Assembly (NCBI GenBank): GCA_027338645.1
Contig: DAHWSH010000056.1
Location: 173-64,172 of the forward strand
DNA length: 64,000 bases
From: Pseudomonadota bacterium
Lineage (GTDB): Bacteria > Pseudomonadota > Gammaproteobacteria > JAKAQQ01
Direction of reading: 5' to 3'
Positions 33,343-41,592 of this stretch are shown here, in pieces (position 1 is the stretch's first letter; each line of letters opens with the position of its first letter). A program made the translations under genes and the position numbers. Under the pieces are notes generated by a model that was not told the origin of the DNA, did not search any database, and saw nothing but the letters and a program-made list of their open reading frames with translations.

Positions 33343-33519
33343 AAGGTTCCATGAGGCGACCCGTGAATATGCGCGCAAGCCCTTCCACGAGCATCCGCGA
33401 TGGGAATCCGAGCAACGGCACAATCTCGTTCTCTTCCCCGGCAACACCGGCATCGTCACCCCGAAAGCCCAAAACGGGCAACTCCTTGACGCGACCTTCG
33501 TCAATGGAATGGAATGATC

Positions 33520-33800
33520 GTCTCCCGCCGCCAATGACGATCGCCTACCCAGCGCAGCTCCCCGGGGCTTGGCTGCCGCTGGACATCCCCAACGCTTGCG
33601 CGGTCCTGGGCTCCCACCTCGGAATGATCCTGAGCCTGTACCAGGCCGACTCACGCCCCCCCGGAGTTCACCCGAGGAACGGTGGCTTACCCACATTCGC
33701 AAAAGTTATCCCAAAAACCTCCTGGTCTTCGCACCCGGCCCGGATGAGCCGATCGGCAGTGATCGAGCCCTCCCGGCGCGCACATCGGGGGCGCGTCTTA
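33520..33800 (+). pseudogene. degenerate, frameshifted tandem duplicate of the last ~290 bp of the upstream DUF255 gene
   Basis: Nucleotides about 33520-33800 align at roughly 75% identity to 32950-33260. Translation (...WLTHIRKSYPKNLLVFAPGPDEPIGS...) parallels the gene's C-terminus (...WLTSIRKHYSKSLLVFTPGPDEPTGS...) but spans two frames. Confidence 0.7.
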
Positions 33801-33821
33801 GGCAGACTCCCGCAGGTTCGG

Positions 33822-35081
33822 CTACCAGCCCGGGATGCTGATGATTCCGCCGTAGACCCCGAGTGTCGCCGTCAAGGTCGCAACCGCGGCTATCAGCCAG
33901 AAATAACCTCCCGAAATCCGGTGCTCTCGAGGCAGCGCCCGGACTGCCAGCGCCACCAGAAATCCCAGGACCAGAGGGAGCAGAAAGGCGTTCATGACTT
34001 CCACGGCGATATCCATCACGACGAGATTCGGCACGGACACCACGGTTACCGCTCCCGCGACGACGATCATCGAGTAGATCGCATAAAACCAGGGTGCCTC
34101 CCGGGGCTGATGCTCAAGTGAATGCTTGAAACCCGTCACTTCTCCCCATCCCCAGGCTCCAGCCAGCGAAACCACGATACTCGCCACCATACTGGCACCC
34201 AGAATGCCCACGGAAAAGATCACTCGACCCCAGCCGATACCGAGAAAGGGAATAAAGGCCTGAGAGAGCTGGTGAACGGTATTCAGAGAAGCTTCCGGGT
34301 TGCGATGGCCGATGGTGGCCGCAGTCGCAACCAGCACGGCACCCATGATGAGTTGCGTGATGATCGCCCCGATGGCCGTATCCAGGCGAGCCTCTCGGTA
34401 CTGCCCCGGCTTCAATCCCTTGTCGGCAACCGCCGACTGCTGGTAAAACACCATCCACGGCATGATCACCGCACCAATGTTGGCGGCGACGAGGACCATG
34501 TAATCCGGGCGTTCGAACGGCACCTGCGTCAAGCCCATCATGAGCGCATGCAGACTCGGGTGGCTGGCCCAGGCGATGCCGAAAAAAACCACCTCGAACA
34601 GGCCCATGGCCAGAGCCACGCGTTCCACCCGGCGGTAGGATCCGGTCCAGACCACAACCAGGAGGACTGCGGCCGCCAGCCCAACGCCGACGATCCGCGG
34701 CAAGCCGTAGAGGTGGCTCACTCCCGCCACCCCCGAAAACTCGGTGAGCAGTGCACCCGTGCAGGCCGCACTCAGCCCCACGACTGAAAGATAGGCCCAC
34801 GATGCCCCGAAGGTTTCTCGAATGAGTTCTCCGTGTCCCTTGCCGGTAAAAATGCCCAAGCGGACAGTCAGTTCCTGGACCAGGTAAAGCACCGGGATGA
34901 GCAAAAACTGGAGAAGAAGGAGCTTGTAGCCCCACTGGGCGCCACTCTGGGCTGCCGTAATGACGCTCCCGACATCGGTATCGGCCAGCATAACCACAAG
35001 GCCAGGCCCCAGGACGGCAAAAAAAGTGCTCCAGCGGAACCACGAGCCTCGGGAGGCGGGTGTATCGGGGGACATCAACAT
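33822..35081 (-). CDS. divergent NRAMP-family (MntH-like) metal ion transporter
   Basis: About 420 aa, 11-12 TM segments. ...QWGYKLLLLQFLLIPVLYLVQELTVRLGIFTGKGHGELI matches the NRAMP TM1-2 core, but the DPGN motif is replaced by ADTDVG. Start trimmed to MLMSPD. Confidence 0.65.
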   Translation of the reverse strand: MLMSPDTPASRGSWFRWSTFFAVLGPGLVVMLADTDVGSVITAAQSGAQWGYKLLLLQFLLIPVLYLVQELTVRLGIFTGKGHGELIRETFGASWAYLSVVGLSAACTGALLTEFSGVAGVSHLYGLPRIVGVGLAAAVLLVVVWTGSYRRVERVALAMGLFEVVFFGIAWASHPSLHALMMGLTQVPFERPDYMVLVAANIGAVIMPWMVFYQQSAVADKGLKPGQYREARLDTAIGAIITQLIMGAVLVATAATIGHRNPEASLNTVHQLSQAFIPFLGIGWGRVIFSVGILGASMVASIVVSLAGAWGWGEVTGFKHSLEHQPREAPWFYAIYSMIVVAGAVTVVSVPNLVVMDIAVEVMNAFLLPLVLGFLVALAVRALPREHRISGGYFWLIAAVATLTATLGVYGGIISIPGW

Positions 35082-35394
35082 CCTCAGCAGGTCTTGACCA
35101 CAGGAATTCCACCTGGATTCAGTCGCTCCCAGGCCTTGAACCTGCTTCCCGATCAGACCATACCTTGAAACGGCATCCGCGACCGGGGGAGCACGGCTTT
35201 CCCATGCGGTGGCGATTATACTCGAAGGAACGCATCCTCCACGGGTATCCCGTGGGCTCAACCCAATCCCCGGCGATTCCAATGGCGGCTTCAACAGGCG
35301 TCCAAGTCCGCCAGGAAGCATACCGTCTCAGCCCGGTCATGACCCATCCAAGGGTAAAATGAGGGGAAGCAGTCTATAACCAAACAGGTGAGTC

Positions 35395-36228
35395 ATGGCC
35401 CCATCGGCTTGGATTCATGAAATTGTTGGCGACGATTTCAAGACCTTCGTCATCGAAGGATCGCGAAAGCACCCCGTGCTCGCCGACTTCTGGGCACCCT
35501 GGTGTGCTCCCTGCCGCATGCTGGGTCCGATCCTCGAAAAAGTGGTACAACACTTCGAGGGCCAGATCCACCTGGCCAAGATCAATACGGATGTCCAGCC
35601 AGCCCTCGCGCAGGAGTACGGCATCCAGAGCATTCCAGCGGTCAAGCTGTTTGTGGAGGGTCGGGTTGTCGAGGCTTTTGTCGGGGTCCAACCGGAACGC
35701 CGCATCCGTGAACTCATCGAATCGCACCTCCCCAATCCCGATGCTCCTCGGATCGAGGAGGCATTGGCCCTGGCCCAGAGGGGAGCGCTTCGGGAAGCGC
35801 TCCAGGTCCTCGAGACCTTGGAGGCGAACGGCTCCAAGAACCCGCGGTTGCCCCTCGCCCTCATTTTCGTCAATCTCCTGCGCGGGGAAACCGAGCAGGC
35901 CCGCGCACAACTGGATGGACTCCCTCCCGCGCTTCTGTCGGATCCCCTCCACGGGCGAGTTTCCTCGCTACTTCATTTTGTCTCCTTGCTGGAGTCCGAA
36001 CTGGCCAAGATGCCACCCGAACTCAGCCACCGACTGAGCATCGGTGCTCGTGAGGTGCTTTCCGGACGAGCCGAGACCGCAGTTCAACAGTGGCTTGAGG
36101 ATCTAGCCGAAGTGCGTGCCGATGAACGCGAACCTCTTCAGGAAGCCATCCGATTGGCTTTCCCGCTGATCGACAACGAAGCACGTCGGCTGGAGTATCA
36201 GCGGCAGCTGGCCCGCAGTCTGCATTGA
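35395..36228 (+). CDS. thioredoxin-TPR co-chaperone (YbbN/CnoX-like)
   Basis: N-terminal thioredoxin fold with WCAPC active site and trans-Pro context (IQSIPAVKLF), followed by a ~170-aa helical TPR-like domain; 277 aa, like E. coli YbbN. Confidence 0.75.
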   Translation: MAPSAWIHEIVGDDFKTFVIEGSRKHPVLADFWAPWCAPCRMLGPILEKVVQHFEGQIHLAKINTDVQPALAQEYGIQSIPAVKLFVEGRVVEAFVGVQPERRIRELIESHLPNPDAPRIEEALALAQRGALREALQVLETLEANGSKNPRLPLALIFVNLLRGETEQARAQLDGLPPALLSDPLHGRVSSLLHFVSLLESELAKMPPELSHRLSIGAREVLSGRAETAVQQWLEDLAEVRADEREPLQEAIRLAFPLIDNEARRLEYQRQLARSLH

Positions 36229-36241
36229 CGAAAGGGTCCGG

Positions 36242-37963
36242 TCAGTCACCCGCGGCAAGGCCGGAGGGGTGACGTCGGTCATTGACCCCCTCCCAGAGAC
36301 CCGTCGGTGACCGGAAGATGCTATCGGCATCCCCCCAATGCAAACTTCCCCACGGTGCTCCCCGCTTCAGATGGTATCCCCAACGGACCAGTCGACGCCG
36401 TGTCCTGACATCCAACGCTCCCGGCTCGTAGTACAGCACATCTGGAAGCCACTGCATGTGAACACGGGGCGCATCGACGGAGGCCGACGCCCCCAGATGG
36501 TAGACAAGTCGGTTGAGCAGGATCTGGAGTACCGTGGTCGTGATCGTCGATCCACCCGGGCTCCCCGTTACGATCTCGACCCGATGTGCCTGGGTCACAA
36601 TAGTGGGGGTCATGGACGAAAGTGGTCTTTTGCCCGGGGCGATGGCATTGATGCGCCCTTGCACGAGGCCATAGGTATTGGGATGTCCAAGCGCGGTCGT
36701 GAAATCATCCATCTCGTTGTTGAGGAAAAAGCCGGTACCCGGTGCCATGAGTCCGGTGCCGAAAAAAGTGTTCAGGGTATAGGTGACGGAGACGGCGTTC
36801 CCGTCACGATCCACGATTGAGTACTGAGTCGTGTCGTGACCTTCCTGGACCACCCGGATGCCCGGCCGCACGTCGGAGGAAGGCGTAGCCTTCTCGGGTG
36901 CGATGCGGTCACGGATTTTTTGCGCGTAACGGGCAGACAACAGACGTCGTAACGGCATCTTCACAAAGGCCGGATCTCCCAGGAACCGATTGCGATCCGC
37001 ATAAGCCCAACGCATGGCCTCCGCGATAAAGTGAATCGACCGAGCACGGTGGAACCCCTCGCGGTTCAAGGAATATCCGGAAAGGATGTTGAGCATCTCG
37101 CACAGGGTCGCCCCTCCACCGGGCGGGGGTGCCGTAATCACCCGATCTCCCGCGAAGCGGCAGGTGAGCGGCCGGGTCACGACTGGCCGGTAATCCGCAA
37201 AATCGGCCAGCGAAAGAATACCTCCGTTTCTTAGGCTCGCGGCCACCACGGCGTGGGCCGGTTCCCCCTGATAGAAAGCGCGGGCACCGCCTTTGGCGAT
37301 ACGGGCCAGGGTGAGGGCGAGTGTCGGTTGGCGGATGCGCGTGCCGGCCGGCAGTGGCTGCCCATCCCTGAAGAAGATCCGCATGGCGGACGGATCGTCG
37401 CGAAGTCTCCGGGCATCGGCCACGAGCTCACGATGCTGCCCCAGGCTCAGGCGGAACCCTCTCCGGGCCAGCTGGATCGCCGGCGCCAAGAGGCGGGAAG
37501 TGGACCACGTACCCCAGAGACGGCGTGCTTCCTCAAGTCCCGCCACTGTTCCTGGAACGCCAATGGCCTTCCAGGACCACAGGCTTTCCCCGGGCACCGG
37601 TTCGCCTCGGGCATCCAGATAGAGACTTGGGGTTGCCGCCCGGGGTGCGACCTCCCGGAAGTCCAGGAACCGAGCCTGCCCATGGGCTGGACGGTAAACC
37701 ATAAAGCCGCCACCCCCCAGGTTACCGCAGCAGGGATCCGTCACGGCCAGGGCATAACCCACGGCAACCGCTGCGTCCACCGCATTTCCACCCTCCCGCA
37801 AGACCCGGATGCCGACTTGCGTGGCATAGCGGCTCGCCGTCACCACCATACCGCTTCGGGCCCGAACCGGTGCGGGATAGTCGCTCGGGTGCGAGGATGC
37901 CGCTTGGCTGGTCACCATGAAGAACAGCCCGGCGCATGCTCCAAGAACAAGTTTCTGTCTCAT
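36242..37963 (-). CDS. ggt: gamma-glutamyltranspeptidase
   Basis: Signal peptide MRQKLVLGACAGLFFMVTSQAAS; autoprocessing site and nucleophile region ...HDTTQYSIVD...; GTGFFLNNEMDDF; C-terminal GGSxxxT. Confidence 0.85.
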   Translation of the reverse strand: MRQKLVLGACAGLFFMVTSQAASSHPSDYPAPVRARSGMVVTASRYATQVGIRVLREGGNAVDAAVAVGYALAVTDPCCGNLGGGGFMVYRPAHGQARFLDFREVAPRAATPSLYLDARGEPVPGESLWSWKAIGVPGTVAGLEEARRLWGTWSTSRLLAPAIQLARRGFRLSLGQHRELVADARRLRDDPSAMRIFFRDGQPLPAGTRIRQPTLALTLARIAKGGARAFYQGEPAHAVVAASLRNGGILSLADFADYRPVVTRPLTCRFAGDRVITAPPPGGGATLCEMLNILSGYSLNREGFHRARSIHFIAEAMRWAYADRNRFLGDPAFVKMPLRRLLSARYAQKIRDRIAPEKATPSSDVRPGIRVVQEGHDTTQYSIVDRDGNAVSVTYTLNTFFGTGLMAPGTGFFLNNEMDDFTTALGHPNTYGLVQGRINAIAPGKRPLSSMTPTIVTQAHRVEIVTGSPGGSTITTTVLQILLNRLVYHLGASASVDAPRVHMQWLPDVLYYEPGALDVRTRRRLVRWGYHLKRGAPWGSLHWGDADSIFRSPTGLWEGVNDRRHPSGLAAGD

Positions 37964-38022
37964 CTCCGAACTCCAAGCCCGCATGATTCGGTACTGTAAA
38001 CCGAAACCCGGAAAAAGGGCTA

Positions 38023-38586
38023 TCAGTGAATCGACCCAGCAAGCCACCAGGTTCCGAATCCCCAAAACCCCACCCACGCGACAGCCCCGAGGAAGCTCCA
38101 GAATGCAAAGGAACGGAAACCCATGGCCACTGTACCGGCCAGATAGCCTTGGAGCTGGCGCAGGGGAACAATGAAGCGGCCGAAAAGAACCACCGGCGCC
38201 CCGTATGACTGGAGAAAACGATGGGTTTTTTCGAGCCGGGTGGGAGTGATCCGTAAGTATTTTCCCCAGCGGGAAAGTCCGGCGTAACCGTAGCGAAAAC
38301 CCAGGCCATAGGCGGCAAAACCACCGAGAGTTGCCGCGAGAGTCGCCAAGACCAGAACGGCCGCGATCGGAAAGAACCCTCGGGCGGACAGGAAACCGGC
38401 AGTGACAATCACGGCTTCTCCAGGCGCCACGAGCACACCCAGATTCTCGGCAAAAACAATGGCGACCACGGCCACCAGACCATAGTGGTGCAGAATCGGG
38501 CTGGCCACATGGATCAGGGATTCCAGTGTCCGAAGCATCCAGGAGAGCATCACGGCCTTCCGTCTCGGGGTCCTAGCATCCGGCAT
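38023..38586 (-). CDS. DedA/SNARE-associated family membrane protein
   Basis: 187 aa, LVAVVAIVFAENLGVLVAPGEAVIVTAGFLSARG is the DedA signature region; 4 TM segments. Confidence 0.75.
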   Translation of the reverse strand: MPDARTPRRKAVMLSWMLRTLESLIHVASPILHHYGLVAVVAIVFAENLGVLVAPGEAVIVTAGFLSARGFFPIAAVLVLATLAATLGGFAAYGLGFRYGYAGLSRWGKYLRITPTRLEKTHRFLQSYGAPVVLFGRFIVPLRQLQGYLAGTVAMGFRSFAFWSFLGAVAWVGFWGFGTWWLAGSIH

Positions 38587-38831
38587 TGCCGGAGAACGGG
38601 GCTCCAGAGGGAGTTGGGGTGCAGCGGAGTTGTTGGCAACTGAACTTCCGGATGGGCATGGTTGGGTACCACCAGAAGAATGACGCCCGCTGGGGCGACA
38701 TCAGCGCGCGCCTCGAAGGCCCCTATCGCATGATCCCGGTCGGATGAGGCACCCAGGACCGCGATGCGGCGGGCACCGTTGATCTGCACGCGCTTGGGAA
38801 CCGCTTTGCCGGACATCCGGGATCTTCTCAA
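38550..38831 (-). CDS. hypothetical protein / possible 5' gene fragment at island boundary
   Basis: Only the first ~55 codons (MSGKAVPKRVQINGARRIAVLGASSDRDHAIGAFEARADVAPAGVILLVVPN) look protein-like; the rest is Pro-rich and low-complexity. It ends where GC drops. Confidence 0.25.
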   Translation of the reverse strand: MRRSRMSGKAVPKRVQINGARRIAVLGASSDRDHAIGAFEARADVAPAGVILLVVPNHAHPEVQLPTTPLHPNSLWSPVLRQCRMLGPRDGRP

Positions 38832-39494
38832 CTCCGCGAAGACAAAACGAAGCGGTTGTCTTCAGAATCGCACATCAGGCGAACATACCTCATGGCTGAC
38901 GAGTGGGAGGTGCATCGAGGCTGACTCTGCGCTCCGAGAACTGGTGATCAGCGGCTTCGACGATCAAGCGAAATTCAAGCTTTTCAGCATAAAAACCGGG
39001 CGCTCGATCCGAGTCGGGTGTTGGAATGTTGATGCACTTCACGCTGAGAATCACCAAGAACTCCTGAGCCGTGAAAATATCACAATTCGTGGTTCTTGAC
39101 GGCTAGGTTCTCACTGTGCGGATGGTGGATCCCGTCGGGCATGACCGCCTATTGAGATCGCCAGCATCGGGAGCCTGATCCGAGGAGCTGTGGCAGCCCT
39201 GAGCAAAAACAGACTGTGTAGATATAACCACTGCATTCGCGATTTAATTCTTTTCTCACACCCGGAGCGCCGGTTCAATTCACAACACTGGCTTGAACAC
39301 ATAGGAATCAATCCCGTTCCACCGCAGCATGCTTGACATTGCAGCATCAGCGGTGTAACACTCGGCCTCATCTGGAAACAAGCCATCAATTTTTTAACCA
39401 AGTTTCCCACACAACCCGTCGAATGCACGCCTGAACTAATCAGAATTCATGGCCCCTGCAACAAAATCAGGGGCGCGATCCGGGGAGATTCCTG

Positions 39495-41291
39495 ATGCAA
39501 CGCCACTACGGAGTGTTGATCCTGCTTTCGGTCATCGCGGTATCCACCACCGTCTACTCCTCCGTGATGGATTTCTACTCGTACGGCCTTCCGCTCACGA
39601 TGGAGGTCACCGACGCCCACACGGGCATCCTCGAACCACTCCCAGGCATTCCATTCCCTGCTGGGCTGCACGCTGGCGAGTCCCTCGATTTGGCGGCACA
39701 ACCACTGGCGACGCGCATCGCAATCGTACAGCGAGTCAGCCCGACCGCCCCGGATTCTGCACCCGGCCGAACCTACCCGTTCCGCGCGGGTCACGGTGCG
39801 ACACATCGCACCGTAATGGTGACTAGCGTAGATCTGAGTCAGGCGGCAGGTGCACTGACCACGGCTTGGCTGAGCGTTTCGCTCACCCTCTTCACCGGGA
39901 TCATCGCGCTGCTTGCCCTGTGGCGTGGCCGCGATCGCGCGGCGGTGGGCTTGGCTGTATTCGCGCTGGGTGGTCTGCTGTCATTTGCCATTGAGAACAT
40001 CCCCGCTTACGGCATTGCCGGCCTGCTACAGTCACTGACGATAGGGGCGTTGTTTTTGTTGATGGGGTATGGTGGTTTTTATATCATGGCGGAGTCCCTT
40101 GCCGGACCGGCACTCGGAGCGCGTACGCGTCGCTGGCGCACCGGTTTTGCCCTGCTTCTGGCCGTGGGTGCAGCCGTGGTGAGCGCGCCCATAGTCTACA
40201 TCGCCACTGGCTGGACGGAAGGACTGGAGCCGGTGTACAACCAAATCGTGACTGCAGTCTTCCTGCTTCCCTTCGCGATGTTGGCAATGTCTTATCGGTA
40301 CGCTGAACCGCGAGTACAACAGCGCTTGCGCTGGATGCTTTGGGCCATGGGGATCTGGCTGGCTGGCATCGGCGCGGTTTCTCTGGAGCTTGGAGGGGCA
40401 TGGGGTTGGGTGATACCGAGTCTACTGCAGACCCTCGGAACGGCAGGCTTGCTTTATGTCGTCCTGCGCCACCGCGTGGTGGATATCACACTGGTGCTTA
40501 ACCGCACGCTGGTGTATGCATTTACCGCCAGCTTGGTGCTCGGCTTGTTCGCATTGTTTGAGAGCCTGATCGAGCGTGCCGCGTTGGGACACAGCGCCAG
40601 CCTGGTGTTGGAACTCGCGGTACCGCTCATTCTCGGGGTGTCGCTGAGCACCGTGCACCGACGCGTGGATGCCACCGTGGATCGCTTGATCTTTCGCCGG
40701 CAGTACCGCGAGGAGATGGCACTGCGCCGCTTCGCGCGAGAGTGTGCGTATATTACGCGGACCGAAACGCTACTGGACCTGACAATCGCGGAAATCGTGC
40801 GCCATGTCGAGGCACCCTGGGTGGCACTATACGAAAATGACGAACGGGGCTACGCACGCGTACGCCACCACGGTGATCGCACGCTTCCTGAGCAGGTGTC
40901 GGCGGATGATCTGGCGCTGGTGAAACTTTGTGCACAAGACAGCGAAGTGGACCTGCACCGCGAACCCAGTGGGCTGGGCAATGACGGCTATGTCTTTCCG
41001 TTGCGCGTGCGCTCACACCTGCAGGGTGTATTGGTAGTCGGCTCGCGTCCGGGCGAGCACTATGCGACTGAGGAGCGCGAACTGCTCGCGCATGTGGCGC
41101 ACGAAGTGGGCACAGCCCTGTTCGCCCTGCGCGCACAGGCCATTGAGCGGGAGCGGGATGATGCACAGGCGCACGCCAAAGCCAGCGATGACCTTCTCCA
41201 AGCAGCCCGGAAGCAGGTCGAAGCGATCCAAGCGCGCGAAGCGGCACTGCTGGAAGCATTGCGTACGCTTGGTGCTGCATCCAAAGCCTGA
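39495..41291 (+). CDS. polytopic membrane protein with C-terminal GAF-like domain and coiled-coil tail; no recognisable output domain
   Basis: 598 aa; about 8 hydrophobic helices in residues 1-340. Residues about 400-520 (TETLLDLTIAEIVRHVEAPWVALYE...GYVFPLRVRSHLQGVLVVGSRPGEHYATEERELLAHVAHEVGTAL) fit the GAF fold pattern. Ala/Gln/Glu-rich coiled coil at the end. Good RBS (GGGGAG-N8-ATG). Confidence 0.6.
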   Translation: MQRHYGVLILLSVIAVSTTVYSSVMDFYSYGLPLTMEVTDAHTGILEPLPGIPFPAGLHAGESLDLAAQPLATRIAIVQRVSPTAPDSAPGRTYPFRAGHGATHRTVMVTSVDLSQAAGALTTAWLSVSLTLFTGIIALLALWRGRDRAAVGLAVFALGGLLSFAIENIPAYGIAGLLQSLTIGALFLLMGYGGFYIMAESLAGPALGARTRRWRTGFALLLAVGAAVVSAPIVYIATGWTEGLEPVYNQIVTAVFLLPFAMLAMSYRYAEPRVQQRLRWMLWAMGIWLAGIGAVSLELGGAWGWVIPSLLQTLGTAGLLYVVLRHRVVDITLVLNRTLVYAFTASLVLGLFALFESLIERAALGHSASLVLELAVPLILGVSLSTVHRRVDATVDRLIFRRQYREEMALRRFARECAYITRTETLLDLTIAEIVRHVEAPWVALYENDERGYARVRHHGDRTLPEQVSADDLALVKLCAQDSEVDLHREPSGLGNDGYVFPLRVRSHLQGVLVVGSRPGEHYATEERELLAHVAHEVGTALFALRAQAIERERDDAQAHAKASDDLLQAARKQVEAIQAREAALLEALRTLGAASKA

Positions 41292-41592
41292 CTCACGCGC
41301 CCAAGTGTTGCGGGCGATTCTTTATCCGTAATCGTTCGAAAAAACAGGCTCGGGTGGGTCGACCTCACAAGTGGCAGAGCCAATTCTTTCTAGCGCGGCT
41401 GTCAATGGTGGTGCTTCCGCTCGTCGACCTCTGCACATTCGGTCATCTTGGGGTTACGCTTCTCAGGGCACAGACTGCCGAACGGTATCCCCCGGCCCGA
41501 TCCTGCTAGATCGGAGATAAATCGCTTATCCCAGAGAAACTGGAGAGCACGGGAGCGAGTGGTTAGCCGTCAACTTATCGCTGGTGAAGCAT

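Noticed and set aside
33154-33702. 182-aa minus-strand ORF and 256-aa plus-strand ORF 33351-34121 across the duplicated region
   Set aside because: They are frames through the degenerate duplicate of the DUF255 gene's 3' end and the antisense of the NRAMP-like gene, not independent genes.
35082-35394. Possible Mn (yybP-ykoY) riboswitch or metalloregulator box in the 310-bp leader of the NRAMP-like gene
   Set aside because: By eye I could not find the conserved yybP-ykoY elements or a clear palindromic Fur/MntR box. Left as a suggestion to scan, not reported as a feature.
36245-36273. GTCACCC...GGGTGAC hairpin between convergent ybbN-like and ggt genes, considered as a bidirectional terminator
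   Set aside because: It lies inside the ggt coding 3' end and has no flanking U/A tracts on either strand.
39111-39428. 105-aa Cys-rich minus-strand ORF (and 111-aa plus-strand ORF 38764-39099) inside the AT-richer non-coding stretch of the islet
   Set aside because: No RBS, no recognisable fold, and the amino-acid composition is unlike real small proteins. It could be a decayed gene, but there is no support.
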